Shown: piece after piece, positions 8,982 to 18,295 of the stretch | Layout: each line of letters begins with the position of its first letter | How positions within the stretch are numbered: position 1 is the first letter of the stretch | Origin: a virus | Lineage: Duplodnaviria > Caudoviricetes | Reading direction: 5' to 3' (one strand) | IMG/VR virus record: IMGVR_UViG_3300014720_000036 | Span: 1 to 62,450 of that record | Length of the DNA stretch: 62,450 bases | Program-made: the position numbers and the translations under genes | The notes under the pieces: generated by a model | Seen by the model: the letters and a program-made list of their open reading frames with translations, nothing else | Told to the model about the DNA's origin: nothing | The model's database searches: none

Positions 8982-11900
8982 TCAGCCTTTCTTCTCGGGG
9001 TTGTGACCCCAAACTTTGAGTGCTAGCAACTTGCGGGTCGGGCGACCCTTCTCGTCCCTCATGCCGCCCTTGGCTCCCTTCATGCGGGAGATGAAGTTGA
9101 CCTGCTTACCCGCCCACTTCCAATCGTTGGCGGTCCACTTCCCCATGGGGGTGTCGAGCATTCGGATGATCGCTCGGGCGGAGTCACGACCGCTAGTGAT
9201 CTTCTTGCCACCTGTGCCCGCCTTCCCTGCCTCCTTGCGTGAGAGACCCGCCTCCTCGCCCCCCTCGGAGTCAAGGAAGGATTGGATCTCCTTGCCCGAC
9301 ATGTTTACGAGTTTTTGCCACTCTTTGTAGAGGCTGCGCTTCTCGTCATCGATCTCCTTGCCGTCCTCTTCTTTGAGCCGTTCACGCTCTCCAGGAGTAT
9401 CACGCTTGTAGGTCTTGACGATCTCGTCGCTGCCGATCTCAAGGGGACCACGCTTCGTGAGGGCGGTCCATTGCATCACGCTGTGGATCTTGTCGGCTTC
9501 CATGAGCCATTCGTCGGTCACGACGAGCGACTCGGACTTGCCGTGCATCTTCCATGCCGTGGCGTAGAAGACATCCTTCCACTTCTTACCGTACCGCTTC
9601 TTGAACTCCGCCTTGACCTTCTCCTTCTTGGAGAATCGTCGGGCGGGTCCGCTAGGAGGACTCACCTCCATGAGCAGGTAGTCGAAGTCCTCGTTGATGT
9701 CCGTGGGTTCGTCCGTGCCCATTTCGGCTGCACGGACATCCTTCAGGTGATCGATGTATGCCCTGACGAGTTCGGTCGCCTCGGACATCTCACGCTCACG
9801 ACAGCGATCCTCGTAGGCGATGGCGAGACGCAACTTGGATGCCGTCCCTTCCTGCGACTCATCGATTGACCACAGCCTTTCCAAAGCCTCGTCATGTTCG
9901 TACCCACTCTTGAGTGCCTTGACCTTGCCCTTCTTCTCCAACTTCTTGAAGAGGGCGGTGTACTTGGACGGCTTCGTCTTCATTTTCTTCTCCCTTGGGT
10001 TCACGAACTCCCATGTCTTGGGATCGTCATCGGACATCCTCTTGCGCTTGGCGAGTTCCCTGCTTCGGGTCTTCGCCTCGCCCTTGGAGAGCCCTGAGAC
10101 ATACTTCTTCGGGAGACCTGATGCCTTGTCCTCGGGAGACTTCTTCGTCTTTCCTGACTTGGTCTTGAACTTCTTGCCCTTGGTGGCATCCGCTTCCGTA
10201 ATAGGGGTGCCATCGGTCTCGTATTCCATGCCGAGGACGGGCATGAATGAGTAGAGGATTTTCCCCACGGGGGTCAGATCCACCTCTACTTGGGCGAGGA
10301 TCTTACCAAGCAACTTGACGAGAAACCTCCCCAACAGGGTCTTCTGCATGAAGGTGTTGAGGGTTGTGGTCGCACCCATGACCTTGTATGCGTGGACGAT
10401 GATCTCTGCCTTGGTGGACTCAAGTTCACGCTTGAACTGCTCGGGGGTGAGGACCTTCTTCTTGTTGGCGAGGGTGAGGATCTTGGTTGCCACCACGGGA
10501 CTCTTGATGATGTCCTTGGCGGCATCGGTGACCTCCTTGGCGGACATCTCCGTGATCTCCTCTTCCTCCTCTTCCTCCTCGCCGCTGCGCTTCTTGGAAG
10601 GGTCGGGCTGCGGGTAGATGCCCTCTGCGGGATCCACGATGCTGCCCGTCTGACCGAGGAACCGAAGACCGATGAGTACCTTGCTCGACATGTGGCTGCG
10701 GTCGCCGAGCGAGAACTTGATGTTTGGGTAGTGCTTGCCGTGGAAGTCGATGTCCATCAGGACCACAAGACGCTTCTTCTCGCCGACCCCCGACTTGACT
10801 CTGATGCGGCTAATGATCTTTTTTGTCACCTTCTTGCCGTTTGCCAAGGTGAAGGTGACAGTACTGTCACCATTGTTCTTGATGTCCGTGGCGTGGATCA
10901 TGTTGTAGCCGCTGTTACCCGTGTCGATCTTGGCTCGGTATTCGACACCATCGACCTTCACAGGCTCACGGACGGCGAGGTTGGAAAACAGTTTCCAATT
11001 CGCCTTGACGAGGATGTGGTTGAGGAAATCCTCGACCAACTCCTCGCCCTTGACATTGTCCTTGCCCTTGCCGTCCTCGTAGTAGCGGTAGTAGATGTTG
11101 CCGCTGCCAGGACTTGCGTTCATCTCAATGATGTACGGCTTGCCCTCGTTGATGACATGGTCGATGCCGACATAGTAGCACTTGCTCACCCGAGCGGCTT
11201 GCTCGACCAACTTCACCTCGTCATCGGAGAGTTGGTGCGACCCACCCTTCGATCCTCGGGCAATGTTCGTGCGGAAGTCCTTCGGTGCCTTGTCCCTCTT
11301 GGCGCATGCGAAGATCTTTCCGTTGAGGACGATGCTGCGGACATCGTTCTTGAAGTCGGGGAGGAACTCCTGAATGATGACCTCGGCACCGAACTTCCAT
11401 AGGGTCTGAAGCACCGACTTCAGGCTCTCCATGCTTTCGATCTTGGAGACACCGATCCCCTCTGCGCCCGTGAGGGTCTTGCAGATGACGGGGAACTTGC
11501 CGCCGATCTCCTTCACGGCTGCTTCGATGTTCGCCTCGCTCGACACATATGCGGTCTTCGGGTGCGGAAGTCCGTGCTTCTTGAGGGCGATGGCGGTCTC
11601 CAACTTGTTTGCGCAGAGTTCCATGCCCCCCTTCTCGTTGACCATGAACACGCCGTTGTTCTGAAGGATGGTCAGGATGGCGACACCGACCTCGCTGTTC
11701 ATCACGCCGCCACGGACAATTGCAATGGTGTCGCTCGGGATGATCGTTGCATCCTTGCCCTCACCATCGTAGTTCTTGATGACGATCTTCTTCGACACCA
11801 CGCTCGACAGGTCGATCTGCGCCTTCTTCGTCTTGACCGCATAGAAGGGGATCCTGCGCTTCTTGCAGATCGCCTCCATCTTCTCAATGGTGTCCGAGAG

Positions 11901-12584
11901 ATCCTTGTCCGAGGAAGTGAGGGCGAGGATCGTGACCTTGTCGCCGTTCTCCCGAGCCTCCTCGACATACTCCTCGTTGAGACCGAGTCCCTTGCGGACA
12001 TCGTTGTAGAGCCGCTCCTTGAGCATTCCGTCATCGGTGGGGATCAGAGCGGAGAACGCCGAGAAGTCGCCCCTGAAAGCAGCCTCACGGGCATCCGTAG
12101 ATTCGACGGTTGCGAGTCCCGTGCCATCCTTGGAGCGGTGTTCGCCCGCCACCTTGACTTGGAACGACTCAAATGCGTATGACCTGCCCTTGGGATCCTT
12201 GGGTGCTGCGGTGCCCTTGTAGTTGCCGATGCGCTCGTAGTCGGACTTCTGATCGTCGCCCGTGACGAGGACGAGGTTCTTGTAACCCTTCTCGCAGAGG
12301 TAGAGGACAGCATCGAACGGATTCGTCGCCTCGGTCGAGATGTTTGCCTCGGGGAAGAGAGCCTTCATGTACTCGACCTTCTTGTCGGTCGAGAGGGGGT
12401 TCTTCTTGGCATCCTGCGCACGGGAAACGAACACGAAGTGGTCGGCACCGAGTGCCTTCGCCTCCGTCATCACGGTGTCGATGACCAACCCGTGACCCGT
12501 TGTCGGAGGGTTCATCCTGCCGAAGGAGAACACGGCGGTGTCCTTGGGACCCTGTTCGTTGATGTGCATGGAGAAGCCCTTCAC
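8982..12584 (-). CDS. rimK: Multidomain protein: HIGH-type nucleotidyltransferase + RimK ATP-grasp ligase + retropepsin-like (RimB-type) protease + small modules including a DUF3140-like C-terminus
   Basis: FSFGRMNPPTTGH; FPVICKTLTGAEGIGV, IIQEF, DVR, DFRTNIARG, GID, IEMNASPG; AKIDTG; LVNMS..GRDSARAI..WGHNP. GTG start with leader KGFSMHINE. Confidence 0.85.
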   Translation of the reverse strand: MKGFSMHINEQGPKDTAVFSFGRMNPPTTGHGLVIDTVMTEAKALGADHFVFVSRAQDAKKNPLSTDKKVEYMKALFPEANISTEATNPFDAVLYLCEKGYKNLVLVTGDDQKSDYERIGNYKGTAAPKDPKGRSYAFESFQVKVAGEHRSKDGTGLATVESTDAREAAFRGDFSAFSALIPTDDGMLKERLYNDVRKGLGLNEEYVEEARENGDKVTILALTSSDKDLSDTIEKMEAICKKRRIPFYAVKTKKAQIDLSSVVSKKIVIKNYDGEGKDATIIPSDTIAIVRGGVMNSEVGVAILTILQNNGVFMVNEKGGMELCANKLETAIALKKHGLPHPKTAYVSSEANIEAAVKEIGGKFPVICKTLTGAEGIGVSKIESMESLKSVLQTLWKFGAEVIIQEFLPDFKNDVRSIVLNGKIFACAKRDKAPKDFRTNIARGSKGGSHQLSDDEVKLVEQAARVSKCYYVGIDHVINEGKPYIIEMNASPGSGNIYYRYYEDGKGKDNVKGEELVEDFLNHILVKANWKLFSNLAVREPVKVDGVEYRAKIDTGNSGYNMIHATDIKNNGDSTVTFTLANGKKVTKKIISRIRVKSGVGEKKRLVVLMDIDFHGKHYPNIKFSLGDRSHMSSKVLIGLRFLGQTGSIVDPAEGIYPQPDPSKKRSGEEEEEEEEITEMSAKEVTDAAKDIIKSPVVATKILTLANKKKVLTPEQFKRELESTKAEIIVHAYKVMGATTTLNTFMQKTLLGRFLVKLLGKILAQVEVDLTPVGKILYSFMPVLGMEYETDGTPITEADATKGKKFKTKSGKTKKSPEDKASGLPKKYVSGLSKGEAKTRSRELAKRKRMSDDDPKTWEFVNPREKKMKTKPSKYTALFKKLEKKGKVKALKSGYEHDEALERLWSIDESQEGTASKLRLAIAYEDRCREREMSEATELVRAYIDHLKDVRAAEMGTDEPTDINEDFDYLLMEVSPPSGPARRFSKKEKVKAEFKKRYGKKWKDVFYATAWKMHGKSESLVVTDEWLMEADKIHSVMQWTALTKRGPLEIGSDEIVKTYKRDTPGERERLKEEDGKEIDDEKRSLYKEWQKLVNMSGKEIQSFLDSEGGEEAGLSRKEAGKAGTGGKKITSGRDSARAIIRMLDTPMGKWTANDWKWAGKQVNFISRMKGAKGGMRDEKGRPTRKLLALKVWGHNPEKKG

Positions 12585-13738
12585 CCGTTTACCTTCCTGT
12601 TCTGCGCCGAGAAGCGTGACCGAGTCACGAACTTCACGGCTCTCTTGGACTCGCTCACAACGATCCCCTCGGGCTCGGTCGGACGCATGCCCTCGGCATC
12701 AACGAAGTGGTGACGGAACTCGGTGAGGGGCACCCTATGGAGGAGCGATTCCTTGACGAGAGCCATCTTCCTATGTAGGAGAAAGGCGGCATCGAACTGC
12801 TTGCCGTAGACCTCGGTGAAGTTGATCAGACGGTCGGCGAGTGCCCTCTTCTCCTGCCGACCCTTGTCAGTCTTCAACTTCAAGATCTCCTTGCCCACCT
12901 TCGATTCGATGTAGAGCCCGAGACCCCTAGCGGAGCATTCGGAGATGTTCGCCATGACCGTGGCGTTGATGTATGGGGAGATGAACGGGATGAGTTCCCT
13001 GTTCGCAAGCATGGTGACTAGGAACTGCCCGACCCTATCCGCATGCTCGTTGCAGTAGTCGATCCTCGCCTCGTTGGTTGCCGTCTCCAAGGGAGTGCTT
13101 TCCGTGAGGGTGTGGACGGAGATCGTCGGCATCCACACGAAGGGGTCGGAGGCGACCGAGGAGGGATCGAACCTGTAGGACGAGAGTGTGAGGGATGCCA
13201 TGGTGTCCCCCTCGTAGACGGTATGGAATGCGATACCCAACCTTGCGTTTTGGATTGCTTCGCCCGTGGGGCTGTTTCTCCCCACCGAGTACCTGATGGC
13301 GTTCGGTTGGAAGGCGACATCCTCCTCCGTGACCGTGACGGAGTCCGAGGTGAACAGGAGGTCGCCCTGTAGCACACCCCTGATCCCAAGGCTCGGCAGG
13401 TACCTGAGGCACTCCGTCAACTTGGAGGCGAGTTCGGGGTTGTCGATGCCCTTGGTGATCTCCTGCACCGTATGGAAGGCACGGACATCCTTGTTGAACG
13501 CCGCCTTGGTGCCGACGAAGAACTTGCCGTTCTCGGGATTGATCCCGCAGACCACGGCGGGTCTTCCGTCCCACTTCATGGAGATTGCGATCTCGTCGGA
13601 CTGACGCATGACCTCGCCGAGGATGCGAATGGACGAGCAGAGCCCCTCCCTACCTTCAAGGAACATCAGGTCCTCGACATGGGGGAGATGCTTGTTGCGG
13701 ACGATCTCGGTGGTGCCGATTTCCTTGAAAGAGAGCAT
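12581..13738 (-). CDS. Ligase-fold nucleotidyltransferase-like protein (DUF6267-like)
   Basis: KHLPHVED, KWDG (motif I), QGDLLF, EPEGIV and VKFV. Start at MLSFKE follows ATAAATA at 13750-13756. Confidence 0.75.
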   Translation of the reverse strand: MLSFKEIGTTEIVRNKHLPHVEDLMFLEGREGLCSSIRILGEVMRQSDEIAISMKWDGRPAVVCGINPENGKFFVGTKAAFNKDVRAFHTVQEITKGIDNPELASKLTECLRYLPSLGIRGVLQGDLLFTSDSVTVTEEDVAFQPNAIRYSVGRNSPTGEAIQNARLGIAFHTVYEGDTMASLTLSSYRFDPSSVASDPFVWMPTISVHTLTESTPLETATNEARIDYCNEHADRVGQFLVTMLANRELIPFISPYINATVMANISECSARGLGLYIESKVGKEILKLKTDKGRQEKRALADRLINFTEVYGKQFDAAFLLHRKMALVKESLLHRVPLTEFRHHFVDAEGMRPTEPEGIVVSESKRAVKFVTRSRFSAQNRKVNG

Positions 13739-13759
13739 GGGATTGTTCATATTTATGAG

Positions 13760-13833
13760 TAGGCGGGGTGGGGATCGAACCCACATGAGGGCCGTTATAA
13801 GCGACCACCTTTTTCCGATTCAGTCACTCGCCC
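13760..13833 (-). tRNA. trnI: tRNA-Ile (anticodon UAU)
   Basis: GGGCGAG..GGTCG-CT-TAT-AA-CGGCC..GTGGG-TTCGATC-CCCAC-CCCGCCT-A; CCA not encoded. Confidence 0.85.
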
Positions 13834-13838
13834 GAGGT

Positions 13839-15308
13839 TCATGTCCAACCGTCATCGTCATCCACAGGGGGCTTCCGTGCGCCCGTGCGCCCGTGCGCCC
13901 GTGTGGGTGCGCATGCGTTCACGCCCGTGCGTGGGTGCGCCCGTGGGCGGGAGGGTTTGTCATCGTCTTCCTCGTTGGCGGCTGCATTGACGAGGTTCGC
14001 CATGGGGTCGCTGACATCGAACAACTTCATCTTGGAGCGGTCGATCCCGACCACGAACTTTCGGTTGGTGACAACATCGTTGTAGCGGTTCTTCAGTTGC
14101 TTCACCATGACCTGACCGAGTTCGTCCAACTGCTCGGTGGCGATCAAAGCAAACATGAAGTCGGCGGTTGCGGGGAGACCGAACGACTCGGAGGTGTCGG
14201 TTAGATCGACATCGGTGTTGCCGAAGCCCGAGCGGTTGGTCTGGGTGGCGGTGAAGATCGGCACCGACATCTCGACGGCGAGACCTCGGAGTTCCTCCGC
14301 AATCGCCTTGATGTATGTGTACGAGTTGACATTCGCCCCAGGCTTGAACCGCACCGAAGCACAGATGTTGAGGTAGTCGATGAAGATGATGTCGGGCTTG
14401 AAGTCCTTCTTCAGCCGCAGTTCGTCAAGCAAGTGCCTGAAGTGCCCTGCGTTCGCAGATGCCGTGGGATACTCCTTGATGAGGAGTTTGCCCGTGATCC
14501 CCGCCGTCACCTTGGAGAGCCGCTTGGCGTAGATGTCCATCGGCAACTTCTTGAGGTCATCCAAGGTGATGTCCATGAGGTTGGCATCGATACGCTCGGC
14601 GATCCTCTCCTCAGCCATCTCACAGGTGATGTAGAGGACATTCTTGCTCTGAGAGAGGCAGTTGGCGGCGTGGTGGCACATGAACAGGGACTTGCCCACG
14701 CCCGTACCCGCAAGGATCACATTGAGGGTCTTGTCGGGTACGCCGCCGTTGGTGATCTTGTTGAACATGTCGAGGTCGAACGGGGTCTTCTTCTCGACAC
14801 GGTGGTAGAAGTCGTACCGCTTCTCAGCATCCTCAATGAAGTCGTGACCGATGTGTTCATCGAACGAGATGCTCAGGGCTTCCTTGAGGATCTCGGGGAT
14901 AGCAGCCTTGGACCTGCCCTTCGACCGCTTCTCGTCAAGGAGTTCCACGGACTCCATGAGTGCGTTGTAGACCGCCTTGTCCTTGCAGAACTTCTCGGTC
15001 TGGTCGATGAGCCATTGGAGGTCGGGATGCTCCTCGGGTTCGCCGAGGAGGGGCAGGAGTCGGACGCACTCGTCGTACTCACCCTGAGACATCCCGTCCT
15101 GCTGCCCGAGGATGATCCCGAGAGCCTCCTCGGTCGGAGGGGCGTTGTACTTGGAGGTGAACTCCGAGATCGTGAGGAACAGCCTCTTCTCGCAGGGGTC
15201 GTGGAAATACGCCTCCTTCAAAAAGGGAAGCACCCGTCGAGTGAACTCGGACAGGTGCAACAGGCTCCTGAGGATGGCGACTTCGATCTTGTCCGTGTTA
15301 GGTTGCAT
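13839..15308 (-). CDS. gp41: Replicative DNA helicase (T4 gp41-like)
   Basis: Walker A AGTGVGKS, IFIDYLNIC, IAEELRGLAV, TATQTNR, SESFGLPATAD and KQLKNRY. Confidence 0.97.
   Translation of the reverse strand: MQPNTDKIEVAILRSLLHLSEFTRRVLPFLKEAYFHDPCEKRLFLTISEFTSKYNAPPTEEALGIILGQQDGMSQGEYDECVRLLPLLGEPEEHPDLQWLIDQTEKFCKDKAVYNALMESVELLDEKRSKGRSKAAIPEILKEALSISFDEHIGHDFIEDAEKRYDFYHRVEKKTPFDLDMFNKITNGGVPDKTLNVILAGTGVGKSLFMCHHAANCLSQSKNVLYITCEMAEERIAERIDANLMDITLDDLKKLPMDIYAKRLSKVTAGITGKLLIKEYPTASANAGHFRHLLDELRLKKDFKPDIIFIDYLNICASVRFKPGANVNSYTYIKAIAEELRGLAVEMSVPIFTATQTNRSGFGNTDVDLTDTSESFGLPATADFMFALIATEQLDELGQVMVKQLKNRYNDVVTNRKFVVGIDRSKMKLFDVSDPMANLVNAAANEEDDDKPSRPRAHPRTGVNACAPTRAHGRTGARKPPVDDDDGWT
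13875..13950 (+). repeat. Dispersed TGCGCCCGTG-family repeat cluster (helicase C-terminal tail)
   Basis: Three tandem GCGCCCGT units followed by cgcccgtgcgtgggtgcgcccgtg. Confidence 0.8.
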
Positions 15309-16203
15309 TCCGAATCCAATCCATCACATCGACCGTCGCCCTCCAACCGAACAGGGACTTCGCCTTGTCGCAGTCAGCCAAGGAGTGCCTAGCCTCCCCT
15401 TGACGCTTGGGCATGAAGCATATCGACCGCTCGTCCTCGGCTATTACACGGGCGATCTCCAATACCGAGGAAGACTTCCAACTGCCGATGTTGACCGCCT
15501 CGCCACGGAGGGGGTCGGCATGGTTCGCCGCCATGAGATTTGCCTTCACCACATCGGAGACATGGACATAGTCCCTCGACTGAAGCCCATCACCATGAAT
15601 TATCAAGGGCTTACCTTCCCTGCGCATGCGTAGGAAAGCGGCGATGACGGGGCTGTATGAACCGCTGTCCGCTTGCCTCTCCCCGAAGACATTGAAGTAC
15701 CTCAGGCAAACGGTGTCGAGACCATGGAGGAGGGAGAACTGCTTGCACAACTGCTCACCTACGAACTTGCTAGTCGCATAGTTGTTTGGGCATTCGATCT
15801 GATCCGTCTCTTTGACGGGCGGAGAGAATCCGCTTCCCCTCACGCCATAGACAGCCGAGGTGGACGAGAATATCACTCGACGGACTCCCGCTTTTTGAGA
15901 GGAGTCGAGGATGTTCCATGTCCCTATGACATTCGTCCGAAAGGCTTGGTTGCGGTTGTCAAGGCACTTAGGAATGCTGACCTCAGCCGCCATGTGAAAC
16001 ACCACATCCACCCCTTTGAAGTCGCTAGAGGACAGGTGGCAGATGTCGGTGAGGATGATGTCGGAGCGAGGGTTCCAATGGAACTTGGAGTGTGACTGCG
16101 AACTCTCGTTGTCCACGGCGATGACCGAGTGTCCGTGGTTCAAGAGAAGATCGACCATGTGGGAGCCGATGAAACCCGCTGCCCCTGTGACTAGTGTGTT
16201 CAT
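15298..16203 (-). CDS. NAD-dependent nucleotide-sugar epimerase/dehydratase (extended SDR)
   Basis: TGAAGFIG, SSTSAVYG, YATSK, RYFNVFG and SRDYVHVSDV. Confidence 0.92.
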   Translation of the reverse strand: MNTLVTGAAGFIGSHMVDLLLNHGHSVIAVDNESSQSHSKFHWNPRSDIILTDICHLSSSDFKGVDVVFHMAAEVSIPKCLDNRNQAFRTNVIGTWNILDSSQKAGVRRVIFSSTSAVYGVRGSGFSPPVKETDQIECPNNYATSKFVGEQLCKQFSLLHGLDTVCLRYFNVFGERQADSGSYSPVIAAFLRMRREGKPLIIHGDGLQSRDYVHVSDVVKANLMAANHADPLRGEAVNIGSWKSSSVLEIARVIAEDERSICFMPKRQGEARHSLADCDKAKSLFGWRATVDVMDWIRNAT

Positions 16204-16769
16204 GCGTTCTTTCTGTACACCCAACAACCCTCGGTGACTTCGATTGGAGAGACACTTTCGTCCACCGCTCTCTTCACGGCATCTTCATGGCTCCAAGGGT
16301 AGTCATGTCCTGCGAGGTATCCTCCTCGCTTCACCTTCGGAAGCCATGCTGCAATGTCTTCCTTCACGCATTCATAGGTGTGGCATGCGTCGATGAACAC
16401 GACATCCAAGGACTCATCGGCATACCTCTTTGCCCCCTCGACCGAAGCGACCTTCACGGGAAACACCACGGAGGAGACGGGGGCGATGTTCGACAGGAAC
16501 AACTGATAGAGTTTTCCCGTTCGGACATAGACATCTTGCTGATGCGGGGGTTCGTTTGCGGATCCTTCCCAAGTATCGATGGCATCGACACGGATGTCCT
16601 TTCCCGAGTTGATGATCTCAACTCCGAGGTAGGCGAGGCTCTTCCCCTTCCAACAGCCTACCTCGACCATCTTCGATCCACTAGGAAGTTCCCCGACGAA
16701 GCGAGAGTAGAGGTTGGGATAGGTAAACCAATTCTCACCAAACTGTGGCTGCGTATAGATGTGATCCAT
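16200..16769 (-). CDS. Class I SAM-dependent methyltransferase (Methyltransf_24-like)
   Basis: VEVGCWKGKS, VFIDACHTYE and GGYLAGHDY. Confidence 0.88.
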   Translation of the reverse strand: MDHIYTQPQFGENWFTYPNLYSRFVGELPSGSKMVEVGCWKGKSLAYLGVEIINSGKDIRVDAIDTWEGSANEPPHQQDVYVRTGKLYQLFLSNIAPVSSVVFPVKVASVEGAKRYADESLDVVFIDACHTYECVKEDIAAWLPKVKRGGYLAGHDYPWSHEDAVKRAVDESVSPIEVTEGCWVYRKNA

Positions 16770-17942
16770 TCAGTTCTCCAAGGTGACGCTGTTGACGATG
16801 TTGGAGACCATACGGATCTCATCCTTGGTCATCGTCGGATTGTTTGGCAGGTAGATCCCATGGTCGTGGATGCGGTCAGAGAACGGGTAAGCCTTCTTCC
16901 CGTACCTCTCGTAAAAGAAGGGTTGCCTTGAGATGCTACCTGCGATCAGAGGTCGGCACTCCACATGCGCAGCCGTGAGCCGCTCGACCATGGTCGCCGA
17001 TAGCGGATGGATCACGGGATAGGCGAAGTTAGACACGAAGTCGAACTGCGAGATGTCGATCTTCCAATATGGGTTGTCGATCAGCCTGTCGTATTCGATC
17101 AGGTTCTCGTACCGCCTCTCGCAGAAGTGGTCGAGTTTCCTCAACTGATTGATCCCGATGAACGCCTGTAGGTCCGTCGAGCGGAGGTTGAATCCCGCAT
17201 GGTAGAAGGTGTACAGGTTCCTGAAGTCATCAACCCCGTACTTCAGTTGGAGGTTCCTGCGAGTGACTTCGTCAAGGTCTCTCGACCACCCGTGGGATCG
17301 GATGCTCTTGACGATGTTGTAGAACTCATAATCATCCGTACAGACGAACCCGCCTTCGATTGTCGAGAAGTGGTGACCGTAGTAGGTGGAGAACGAGGAG
17401 GCGAGACCGAGGGTGCCCGTCTTCTTCCCGCTCACGGGACAGAGGGTGCCGACGCTCTCGCATGAATCCTCTAGGAGCATGACATCGTGCTTGTCGCAGA
17501 CCCTCTTGATCCCCTCCATGTCGTTGGGGAACGCCAAAGCGTGGACAATCATCACGGCTGCGGGCTTCTCACGCTCACAGATCCGTTCAAACTCCGCCAC
17601 ATCGATGCCGAGGTTGCGCTCGTCGGTGTCGCAGAGGATCGGCTCAAGCCCCAACTGCATGGCAGGTGCCACGGTCGTGACCCAAGAAAGACAGGGAAAG
17701 ACCACCTTCTTGTTCCTGAGCCTACCCGACACGATGAGGGCGTAGAGGATCGCTAGGTTGGCGGAGGAGCCCGAGTTGACGAACACGGAGTACCTGCACC
17801 CGAGCCATCCGCTCCAAGCCTGTTCAAACTCGACGGTCTTGACTCCCTTGGTGAGTCGGGGATTGGTTTGGAGCCACCCGATAAGGGAGTCGATGTCATC
17901 CTGACCAATGGTGTCACGCACCAAGGTGATTGGCTGCGGCAT
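16770..17942 (-). CDS. PLP-dependent DegT/DnrJ-family enzyme, ColD/RfbH-type 3-dehydratase
   Basis: VNSGSSANL, LEDSCES and FSTYYGHHFSTIEGG (His at the position of the usual Schiff-base Lys). Confidence 0.88.
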   Translation of the reverse strand: MPQPITLVRDTIGQDDIDSLIGWLQTNPRLTKGVKTVEFEQAWSGWLGCRYSVFVNSGSSANLAILYALIVSGRLRNKKVVFPCLSWVTTVAPAMQLGLEPILCDTDERNLGIDVAEFERICEREKPAAVMIVHALAFPNDMEGIKRVCDKHDVMLLEDSCESVGTLCPVSGKKTGTLGLASSFSTYYGHHFSTIEGGFVCTDDYEFYNIVKSIRSHGWSRDLDEVTRRNLQLKYGVDDFRNLYTFYHAGFNLRSTDLQAFIGINQLRKLDHFCERRYENLIEYDRLIDNPYWKIDISQFDFVSNFAYPVIHPLSATMVERLTAAHVECRPLIAGSISRQPFFYERYGKKAYPFSDRIHDHGIYLPNNPTMTKDEIRMVSNIVNSVTLEN

Positions 17943-18295
17943 CAGTTCCCCTTGTAGATCTTCACGGAATCCTCGGTGAGCCGCCTACCGTCGATGACGG
18001 CAGCGTCAACCATGCGGTTGATCGCTTGGATGTACTGTGGTCTCTTCTGCTTGAAGCAGATGTCGATCTTGCGCTTCAGGGAAGCCACCTCCTCGTCCGT
18101 CTTAGCGACACCGACCATGTCCTCAAGGAACCATGTGCGGATGTGGAGGATGCAGAGTTTCTCGACCACCTCGCCGAGGTTGTCGGTGGCGATCAGGTTG
18201 TCGGGGAGTTCGGGAGGGTTCGATGATGCGTCGAGTACTTCGTGGACCTTGCGCTTGATCGCATCTTCGATTGTGACGGCGATGTCTGTGTTCAT
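17942..18295 (-). CDS. Hypothetical helical protein (DUF4254-like)
   Basis: TDNLGEVVEKLCILHIRTWFLED; translationally coupled within the glycan cluster. Confidence 0.65.
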   Translation of the reverse strand: MNTDIAVTIEDAIKRKVHEVLDASSNPPELPDNLIATDNLGEVVEKLCILHIRTWFLEDMVGVAKTDEEVASLKRKIDICFKQKRPQYIQAINRMVDAAVIDGRRLTEDSVKIYKGN

